A stretch of DNA of 64,000 nt, taken from sequence record PQ724394.1. The stretch is one strand, 5' to 3'. This DNA is from a phage. How positions within the stretch are numbered: the stretch's first letter is position 1; the number at the start of each line of letters is the position of its first letter. A program made the translations under genes and the position numbers. Under the pieces are notes generated by a model that was not told the origin of the DNA, searched no databases, and worked only from the letters and a program-made list of their open reading frames with translations. Below are positions 57,078 through 64,000 of the stretch, piece by piece.

Positions 57078-57893
57078 ATGCTTAAAGAACAACTGATCGC
57101 CGAAGCACAGAATATTGATGCTTCCGTTGCTCTTGACAGTATTTTCGAATCAGTTAATATTTCTCCGGAAGCAAAAGAAACTTTCGGCACTGTATTCGAA
57201 GCTACCGTCAAGCAACATGCCGTTAAACTGGCTGAATCTCACATCGCTAAAATCGCTGAAAAAGCGGAAGAAGAAGTTGAGAAAAATAAAGAAGAAGCTG
57301 AAGAAAAAGCTGATAAGAAAATCCAAGAAGCTGCCGGTCGTTTCCTTGACCATGTTGCTAAAGAATGGATGGCTGAAAACCAGCTGGCTGTTGATAAAGG
57401 TATTAAAGCCGAACTGTTCGAATCCATGTTGATGGGTATGAAAGAACTGTTTGTTGAACATAACGTGGTTGTTCCAGAAGAAGCAGTAGACGTTGTCGCT
57501 GAAATGGAAGAAGAATTGGCTGAACAGAAAGCTGAAACCGCTCGTTTGTTCGAAGAAGTTGGCAAGCGTGACGCATATATTAATTACGTACAGCGTGAAC
57601 AAGCTGTTATGGAAGCAACTAAAGACCTGACTGAATCTCAGAAAGAAAAAGTTAGTTCTCTGGTAGAAGGCATGGATTATTCCGATGCATTTGGTAAAAA
57701 AATTGGCGCTATCGTTGAAATGGTTAAAGGCCAGACTGACGTTGAAAAACCAATCACCGAAGCCGCTATAAATAAAACTGAAGACGATGCTGCAGCACTG
57801 AATTACATTTCGGAAGCAGTTGAAGAAAAAGGCGCTAAGCCTACCCTGTCCTTCGCGGACCTGTCTGCAATCGCAGCATCTCGAATTTCTTAA
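57078..57893 (+). CDS. 22: gp22 prohead core scaffold protein
   Basis: 271 aa; E/K-rich helical; synteny. Confidence 0.9.
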   Translation: MLKEQLIAEAQNIDASVALDSIFESVNISPEAKETFGTVFEATVKQHAVKLAESHIAKIAEKAEEEVEKNKEEAEEKADKKIQEAAGRFLDHVAKEWMAENQLAVDKGIKAELFESMLMGMKELFVEHNVVVPEEAVDVVAEMEEELAEQKAETARLFEEVGKRDAYINYVQREQAVMEATKDLTESQKEKVSSLVEGMDYSDAFGKKIGAIVEMVKGQTDVEKPITEAAINKTEDDAAALNYISEAVEEKGAKPTLSFADLSAIAASRIS

Positions 57894-57914
57894 TTTAATA
57901 AGGTTATACAACAC

Positions 57915-59474
57915 ATGAAAAAGAATGCATTAGTTCAAAAATGGTCCGCTCTGCTGGAAAACGAAGCTCTTCCTGAAATCGTTGGTGCTTCTAAACAAGC
58001 TATCATCGCTAAAATTTTCGAAAACCAGGAACAAGACATCCTGACTGCTCCGGAATACCGTGACGAAAAAATCTCTGAAGCATTTGGTTCTTTCCTGACC
58101 GAAGCTGAAATCGGTGGTGACCATGGTTATGATGCTACCAATATTGCAGCGGGCCAGACCTCTGGTGCTGTAACTCAGATTGGGCCGGCAGTAATGGGTA
58201 TGGTTCGTCGTGCTATTCCTCATCTGATTGCTTTTGATATTTGTGGTGTTCAGCCTCTGAATAACCCTACCGGCCAGGTATTTGCACTGCGTGCAGTATA
58301 TGGTAAAGACCCTATCGCTGCAGGCGCTAAAGAAGCTTTCCATCCGATGTATGCTCCGAATGCTATGTTCTCTGGTCAGGGCGCTGCTCAGACTTTTGAA
58401 GCACTGGCTGCAGGTAAAGTTCTGGAAGTTGGTAAAATTTATTCTCACTTCTTCGAATCTACCGGTTCTGCACACTTCCAGGCTGTTGAAGCCGTAACCG
58501 TTGATGCTGCTGCTACCGATGCTGCTAAACTGGATGTTGCCGTAACTGCTCTGTTGGAAGCTGGCCAGCTGGCTGAATTGGCTGAAGGTATGGCTACTTC
58601 TATCGCTGAACTTCAGGAAGGCTTTAACGGTTCTCAGGACAACCCGTGGAACGAAATGGGCTTCCGTATCGATAAACAAGTTATCGAAGCTAAATCCCGT
58701 CAGCTGAAAGCAAGCTATTCCATCGAACTGGCACAGGACCTTCGTGCAGTACACGGTATGGATGCAGATGCTGAACTGTCCGGTATCCTTGCTACCGAAA
58801 TTATGCTCGAAATCAACCGTGAAGTTATCGATTGGATTAACTACTCTGCACAGGTTGGTAAATCTGGTATGACCAACACCGTTGGCGCTAAAGCTGGTGT
58901 GTTTGACTTCCAGGACCCGATTGATATCCGTGGTGCTCGTTGGGCCGGTGAGAGCTTTAAAGCCCTTCTGTTCCAGATTGATAAAGAAGCAGCCGAAATC
59001 GCTCGTCAGACCGGTCGTGGTGCTGGTAACTTCATCATCGCTTCCCGTAACGTAGTTAACGTACTGGCTGCAGTTGATACTTCTGTAAGTTATGCAGCTC
59101 AAGGTCTGGGTCAGGGTTTCAACGTTGACACAACCAAAGCAGTATTTGCCGGTGTTCTTGGTGGTAAATATCGTGTTTACATCGACCAGTATGCTCGTTC
59201 CGATTACTTCACCATCGGTTATAAAGGTTCCAACGAAATGGACGCAGGTATCTACTATGCTCCGTACGTTGCACTGACTCCGCTGCGTGGTTCCGATCCG
59301 AAGAACTTCCAACCGGTAATGGGCTTCAAAACTCGTTACGGTATCGGTATTAACCCGTTCGCTGACCCAGCTGCTCAGGCACCTACCAAACGTATTCAGA
59401 ATGGTATGCCGGACATCGTTAACAGCCTTGGTCTGAATGGTTACTTTAGACGTGTATATGTGAAAGGTATCTAA
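57915..59474 (+). CDS. 23: gp23 major capsid protein
   Basis: 519 aa; long stretches match T4 gp23 as recalled (IGGDHGYDATNIAAGQTSGAVTQIGPAVMGMVRRAIP...). Confidence 0.97.
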   Translation: MKKNALVQKWSALLENEALPEIVGASKQAIIAKIFENQEQDILTAPEYRDEKISEAFGSFLTEAEIGGDHGYDATNIAAGQTSGAVTQIGPAVMGMVRRAIPHLIAFDICGVQPLNNPTGQVFALRAVYGKDPIAAGAKEAFHPMYAPNAMFSGQGAAQTFEALAAGKVLEVGKIYSHFFESTGSAHFQAVEAVTVDAAATDAAKLDVAVTALLEAGQLAELAEGMATSIAELQEGFNGSQDNPWNEMGFRIDKQVIEAKSRQLKASYSIELAQDLRAVHGMDADAELSGILATEIMLEINREVIDWINYSAQVGKSGMTNTVGAKAGVFDFQDPIDIRGARWAGESFKALLFQIDKEAAEIARQTGRGAGNFIIASRNVVNVLAAVDTSVSYAAQGLGQGFNVDTTKAVFAGVLGGKYRVYIDQYARSDYFTIGYKGSNEMDAGIYYAPYVALTPLRGSDPKNFQPVMGFKTRYGIGINPFADPAAQAPTKRIQNGMPDIVNSLGLNGYFRRVYVKGI

Positions 59475-59490
59475 GACCTAACCTTATTAT

Positions 59491-59520
59491 GGGAGACTTC
59501 GGTCTCCCATTCTTGTTTCT
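59491..59520 (+). terminator. terminator after gene 23 (GGGAGAC-UUCG-GUCUCCC hairpin plus U-rich tail)
   Basis: Perfect hairpin 17 nt after the gp23 stop, followed by ATTCTTGTTTCTG. Confidence 0.65.
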
Positions 59521-59523
59521 GTA

Positions 59524-59790
59524 CTATGCAATCTTAACTCGACGGTTGATGATATCACGGAAGTCAATACGATTTTCTTGGATTTTAAGCCAGTTACCAG
59601 ATTTGTCTTTGGTATGGGTAGAATATTCGCCGTTCCACCAGAAGTCGGTTTCATAAGCCAGAGCTTCGTATTTCTTAACCAATGCATTAACTGCATTACC
59701 GTTAGGATTGGAACCATATTTTTCTACCAGAGCTTTGATGTCTTTGTCAAGGTTAGAAAGCGTGGTACGGATAAAGTTTAATTTGTTCAT
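59524..59790 (-). CDS. hypothetical protein (about 88 aa) between genes 23 and 24
   Basis: ATG at 59790 preceded by AGGAG RBS and a PeSL-like promoter; occupies the slot that holds segD in T4. Confidence 0.5.
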   Translation of the reverse strand: MNKLNFIRTTLSNLDKDIKALVEKYGSNPNGNAVNALVKKYEALAYETDFWWNGEYSTHTKDKSGNWLKIQENRIDFRDIINRRVKIA

Positions 59791-59849
59791 TTTTAATCTC
59801 CTCATGTTTTGATAGGACTATAGTAACACGTGGGAACCTTGCTGTAAAC
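59791..59849 (-). promoter_or_regulatory. PeSL-like early promoter cassette (core variant)
   Basis: Minus-sense GTTTACAGCAAGGTTCCCACGTGTTACTATAGTCCTATCAAAACATGAGGAG. Confidence 0.55.
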
Positions 59850-59855
59850 AACTTT

Positions 59856-59863
59856 TATAAATA
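59856..59863 (+). promoter_or_regulatory. late promoter TATAAATA for gene 24
   Basis: TATAAATA about 29 nt upstream of the gene 24 ATG. Confidence 0.6.
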
Positions 59864-59891
59864 AACATATACCCTCAATAAGGAAAGCGCA

Positions 59892-61175
59892 ATGGCAAAG
59901 ATTAACGAATTACTGCGCGAGTCAACAACTACTACCAGCAACTCATTGGGTCGCCCTAATCTTGTTGCTTTGACCCGTGCTACCACTAAACTAATTTATC
60001 GCGATATCATCGCTGAACAACGTACTAGTCAGCCTATTGCTGCATTGTATGGTGTCAAATATCTTACCCCTGATAATGAATTTAGTTTCCAAACTGGTGC
60101 TGTTTATGGTGGTGAAGTTGGTTCTAAAGACCGTGAAACTATCCCAGAACTCACAGATAAAGCCCAGGCGATTGCCAAGGGTGACTACTTTAAGTATCAG
60201 AATGTGGTTTATAAGGCTCTTCAAGCAAGCCCACTCGCATCCACTAGCGCTACAGAATTGGCTGATGCTCTTCAAGAAGGTTTGGTGTCATTAACGTGTC
60301 GTTTGGTTCCTGATGCGGCGCATACCACTAAATTCGAAGCGAGTGATGTAGAAATCTCTGATGCTGTATTCCAGGTTAATAAATGGAATGCTCCTGTTAA
60401 GACCCGTAAATTGAAGACTGCTTTGACCGTAGAATTAGCACAGGATATGGAATCAAATGGCTTTGACGCCCCTGCGTTCTTAGAAGACCTCCTGGCTACG
60501 GTAATGGCAGATGAAATTAATAAAGACGTTCTACAATCTCTAATAACCGTATCTAAACGCTATAAAGTTACGGGCGTATCTGATAATGGTATTATTGATT
60601 TGACTTATGATAGTGCTCCGGAATCTGCACGTAAACTTTATGAAATTGTGTGTGAGATGAATTCTGAAATCCAGAAAACTACTTCTTATTCTGGTACGTT
60701 TGTTGTGGCTTCAAGTCGTGTGGCTGCAATGCTTGCAGGTTCTGGCTGGTTAAAACATAGACCTGAAGATAATAATTGGCTCCCGGAAACTGCCTATGGT
60801 TATTTGTTGAATGGATTACCTCTGTTCTGTGACGTTAACAGCCCATTGGATTATGTTATCGTAGGTGTTAAAGAGAATTATGGCGGAAATGAAGTCGTAG
60901 GCTCAATTTTCTATGCCCCGTATACAGAAGGCTTGGATTTAGACGACCCAGAACACGTCGGTGCTTATAAGGTTATTGTCGACCCGGATTCATTACAGCC
61001 TTCTATTTCTCTGATGGTTCGTTATGCACTGTCCGCTAACCCGTACACCGTAGCTAAAGACGATAAAGAAGCTCGTGTTATCGATGCAACCAATATGGAT
61101 TTAATGGCTGGTCAGAGTAATATGTCCTATCTGCTCGGTGTTAAACTTCCAGCAATTATTTACGAGGCTGATTAA
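59892..61175 (+). CDS. 24: gp24 head vertex protein
   Basis: 427 aa equals T4 gp24 size; MAKINELLRESTTTTSNSLGRPNLVAL... T4 gp24-like. Confidence 0.9.
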   Translation: MAKINELLRESTTTTSNSLGRPNLVALTRATTKLIYRDIIAEQRTSQPIAALYGVKYLTPDNEFSFQTGAVYGGEVGSKDRETIPELTDKAQAIAKGDYFKYQNVVYKALQASPLASTSATELADALQEGLVSLTCRLVPDAAHTTKFEASDVEISDAVFQVNKWNAPVKTRKLKTALTVELAQDMESNGFDAPAFLEDLLATVMADEINKDVLQSLITVSKRYKVTGVSDNGIIDLTYDSAPESARKLYEIVCEMNSEIQKTTSYSGTFVVASSRVAAMLAGSGWLKHRPEDNNWLPETAYGYLLNGLPLFCDVNSPLDYVIVGVKENYGGNEVVGSIFYAPYTEGLDLDDPEHVGAYKVIVDPDSLQPSISLMVRYALSANPYTVAKDDKEARVIDATNMDLMAGQSNMSYLLGVKLPAIIYEAD

Positions 61176-62455
61176 TGTCTAAGATTATAGACCTAATTAA
61201 AGAATCCACATTGACGGCTGCCAACTCGGTTGGCCGTCCTGCTCTTCTTTCATACACCCAAGCAACTAATAAACGAATCTTTAAAGCCCTAGTTGCTGAA
61301 CAAAAAACAAGCCAACCTGTTGCCGCTCTGTACGGGGTTCGTGTACTTAATCCTGACGACAAAATGACTTATCTTGGTGGCGCTACATTTGCAGGCCAGA
61401 TTGGTATGTCGGAACGTGAAAATATTCCTGAATTTACCGATTCGTCTACAGCTTATGCAGCCGGCGATATGTTCCAGTTTGAAAGTGTAGTGTTTAAAGT
61501 TCTAGAAGCATCTCCTTTCGCCGGAACCACAGAAACCGACCTAGGTGAAGTTATTTCTGAAGCAGTGGCAGCCGGACATATTCGTATGGTATCAGATGCT
61601 GCTATTACTTCTAAATTCGAACAAGGTCATCCCGAAATTGCTGAAGCAGGCTTCCGTATTGACAAATGGCAATCTGAAGTTAAATCACGTAAACTGAAAA
61701 CTTCATTGACAGTCGAATTAGCCCAAGACCTAGAATCAAACGGGTTTAATGCTCCTAATTTCATTGAAAATCTGCTAGGCATTCAAATGGCAGAAGAAAT
61801 TAATAAGGACGTATTACAGTCATTAATTACGGTGAGTTCTCGTTTTAAAGTCCAGGGTGTTTCTGAAAAGGGTGTATTAGACCTTACCAACCCACGTTAC
61901 GATAATGCCCAGGACCGTGCTCGTACATTATATTATTACATGTGTGAGATGAACTCTGCCGTCCAACGTCAAACTTCTTTCGCTGGGACTTATGCAGTAG
62001 CTAGTTCTCGTTGTGCTGCTATTCTCGCCGCTTCCGGTTGGGTTGAGAAAAAGGAAGACCAAGACGAACTGGCTTATGGTGTATTAAAGAATGGTCTGCC
62101 TCTTTATGCCGATATGAATAGTCCGTGTGATTATGTTATTGTTGGTGTAAATGCTCAGATGGGTGAAGGACAGACGGTCGCATCTTTATATTATGCGCCT
62201 TATACGGAAGGTTTGGATGTGGTTGATGAAGAAGGTGATACTTCAGTAGGTGAATTTAAGGTTATTGTTGACCCGGAAAGCTTACAACCTACAGTAGCAT
62301 TGCTTGCTCGTTATGCATTGACTGCAAACCCTTATACCGTCGCTAAGGACGATAAAGAAGCCCGCATTATTGATGGTTCTGATATGGACAAAATGGCTAA
62401 CCAAAGCCAGTTGAGTTCTTATCTTGGTGTTAAACTTCCACCTTTAGAAAAATAA
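61175..62455 (+). CDS. gp24 paralogue (second head vertex protein copy)
   Basis: 426 aa, collinear similarity to the upstream gp24 along its whole length (e.g. SRKLKT..LTVELAQD, NKDVLQSLITVS, PYTVAKDDKEAR). Confidence 0.85.
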   Translation: MSKIIDLIKESTLTAANSVGRPALLSYTQATNKRIFKALVAEQKTSQPVAALYGVRVLNPDDKMTYLGGATFAGQIGMSERENIPEFTDSSTAYAAGDMFQFESVVFKVLEASPFAGTTETDLGEVISEAVAAGHIRMVSDAAITSKFEQGHPEIAEAGFRIDKWQSEVKSRKLKTSLTVELAQDLESNGFNAPNFIENLLGIQMAEEINKDVLQSLITVSSRFKVQGVSEKGVLDLTNPRYDNAQDRARTLYYYMCEMNSAVQRQTSFAGTYAVASSRCAAILAASGWVEKKEDQDELAYGVLKNGLPLYADMNSPCDYVIVGVNAQMGEGQTVASLYYAPYTEGLDVVDEEGDTSVGEFKVIVDPESLQPTVALLARYALTANPYTVAKDDKEARIIDGSDMDKMANQSQLSSYLGVKLPPLEK

Positions 62456-62487
62456 AAGGGACCTCGCGGTCCCTTTATTGTTTATTT
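62455..62487. terminator. bidirectional hairpin terminator between gp24 paralogue and rnlB
   Basis: GGGACC-TCGC-GGTCCC flanked by A-run upstream and TTTATTGTTTATTT downstream. Confidence 0.6.
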
Positions 62488-63489
62488 GGATACTAATTCA
62501 ATCCACACAGCTCGTAGCGTATCTTTTACACACTCAACGAGCTGCTTTTTAACTTCAACAGGGTTTTCTGCATCGGTTAATTCTAATTCTTCACGGGCTG
62601 CCTCTTCCAAAATATCTTGGACCGTCAGTCCCATTACCTTTCCAAAATCTTTAGGTGATACTTCACCAATCTTACTGATAACGTTGTTAATACGGTTAAC
62701 AGTCACATAATCTGTGAATTGCCACATCAAGTCCATATCGTCTTGGGACAATACCACTGGAACCTTAATAGGCTTGTCAGACTTTTTCTTCTCGCTGAAT
62801 TTAGAGTTCTTACATTTAATAGCTACACGATTTCCGTTTGGAAGCCAAAGTGGGTAGCAAGGTTTTAATACATACCCTTCAGCCGTAAATACTTCGCCTT
62901 TTGCTTCAGACTTCCATACACGGGCATTAGCTTCAATTAACCCGACATTATCTACTGTAAAATTATAATCAGGAAGGACGGAATCTAAATCATTTGGCAA
63001 TTTAATAAGGTCTTCAAATTTACCACGACCTAAAAGTGGCGCCGTTTTAAATTTGAACGTCTTACAAAATGATTCCATCATATAATCGTCGACATAAGTC
63101 ACATCGCCACTTTCGGTGGTAACAATAATGTCAAATACATAAAAATCTTTATCACCGTAATCAACATTCTTCTGAATGCCTGTTCCAGCGAATTCACCGA
63201 AAACTTGATAAGATACGGCTGCCGAAGTTTCCATAATATCTTGTATGGATTTAATAGAATCGGCATAGTTCTTAAGTACAATTTCATAACCATAGAAATC
63301 TTCAGCAGGGAGAATTGGGCCAGTGCGCTTGGCGCATGTGACTGCGTCACGTTCTATGATTAAACTAAAGTTGGTTCCATGAATCTTCTCACGTGCTACC
63401 CATTCACCACCAGTCAAACCATTGGTACGGAGTTTTTCGATAAACTTACTGTTGTAGTGGTTTTCCAGACTGCTATATTTCTTGAACAT
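62482..63489 (-). CDS. rnlB: RNA ligase 2
   Basis: 335 aa; near-identical to T4 Rnl2 as recalled, including the active-site lysine motif KIHGTN. Confidence 0.85.
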   Translation of the reverse strand: MFKKYSSLENHYNSKFIEKLRTNGLTGGEWVAREKIHGTNFSLIIERDAVTCAKRTGPILPAEDFYGYEIVLKNYADSIKSIQDIMETSAAVSYQVFGEFAGTGIQKNVDYGDKDFYVFDIIVTTESGDVTYVDDYMMESFCKTFKFKTAPLLGRGKFEDLIKLPNDLDSVLPDYNFTVDNVGLIEANARVWKSEAKGEVFTAEGYVLKPCYPLWLPNGNRVAIKCKNSKFSEKKKSDKPIKVPVVLSQDDMDLMWQFTDYVTVNRINNVISKIGEVSPKDFGKVMGLTVQDILEEAAREELELTDAENPVEVKKQLVECVKDTLRAVWIELVSK

Positions 63490-63603
63490 AAATCACCATA
63501 ATAAATATAATTAAATAGAAGAGCTAGTAATCTTCTGTCACCAAGCCAAATGGTTTAACGGAAGGACCTAGACCCATTATAACATACCTAAATTTAAAGC
63601 ATA

Positions 63604-63816
63604 TTACTTTAGACCAAAAACGCGCTTTGCGCTGACTTTTTTGTTGTTTAATCTTTTACGATATACGACTTTCTCTCTTGCTTTAAACTTGGCCTTAGCA
63701 TTCTCAACTTCGGCCCAAGCTTTAGCCATATCTCTGGCAGTTCCGCCAATCTTTTTAGCAATATCAATAAAATTCATACCAGATTCATGTAAAAAATGTA
63801 CTTTAATCTTATCCAT
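63604..63816 (-). CDS. small helix-turn-helix-like basic protein (70 aa)
   Basis: MNFIDIAKKIGGTARDMAKAW resembles an HTH; preceded by a PeSL-like promoter. Confidence 0.45.
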   Translation of the reverse strand: MDKIKVHFLHESGMNFIDIAKKIGGTARDMAKAWAEVENAKAKFKAREKVVYRKRLNNKKVSAKRVFGLK

Positions 63817-63874
63817 AACAATTCTCTTGTGATTTGACTATTCAATAGTAACATGAGAATTTTAACTTGTAAAC
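63817..63874 (-). promoter_or_regulatory. PeSL-like early promoter (diverged core)
   Basis: Minus-sense GTTTAC-N17-TTACTAT-TGAATAGTCAAATCA upstream of the 63816 ATG. Confidence 0.45.
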
Positions 63875-63885
63875 AGGAGATTTTA

Positions 63886-64000
63886 TGTCAGACAATCCAT
63901 TATACGGGCATGACGGTAGAGGTCACTTTAGAGGCGTATCATTAGTAGAAGTTCCGCAGGATAAATCATTGGAATTTGCAGACATACTCACTAGTGAAAG
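63886..64000 (+). CDS. hypothetical protein, 5' portion only (runs off window)
   Basis: ATG at 63886 preceded by AGGAGA RBS; open frame to window end (MSDNPLYGHDGRGHF...). Confidence 0.4.

Noticed and set aside
57150-59312. Long minus-strand ORFs (254 aa and 460 aa) opposite gp22 and gp23
   Set aside because: Antisense to the highly expressed, well-supported scaffold and major capsid genes; Phe/Ser/Asn-rich artefact translations.

Overview
This window is a T4-like (Tevenvirinae-type) myovirus genome segment in two blocks. Positions 1-29635 are an early/middle, minus-strand region: thymidine kinase, rI-like, RegB, endonuclease V, lysozyme e, NudE, a three-tRNA cluster, capsid-targeted internal-protein candidates, 57B/57A and genes 1, 3, 2, 4, interspersed with many small ORFs of unknown function. 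Positions 29682-62455 are the plus-strand late structural module in canonical T4 order: gp53, gp5, 5.4, gp6-gp12, wac, gp13-gp20, gp67, gp68, gp21-gp23 and two tandem gp24 copies, followed by rnlB on the minus strand. Gene calls rest on reading the six-frame translations, on T4 protein sequences recalled from memory, and on synteny; no database search was run. Regulatory signals read directly from the DNA include TATAAATA late promoters, UUCG-tetraloop hairpin terminators, and eleven copies of a roughly 55-65 bp early-promoter stem-loop cassette (PeSL-like) upstream of minus-strand early genes. The strongest candidates for something new are a tandem array of five small acidic paralogues ending in a W-x-SS-x-x-C motif, an adjacent Pol-beta-type nucleotidyltransferase and AAA+ ATPase, a macro-domain protein, several proteins carrying the MKTYQEF capsid-targeting leader, an expanded fibritin with internal repeats, and the gp24 duplication. 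All functions for the unknown ORFs are hypotheses.
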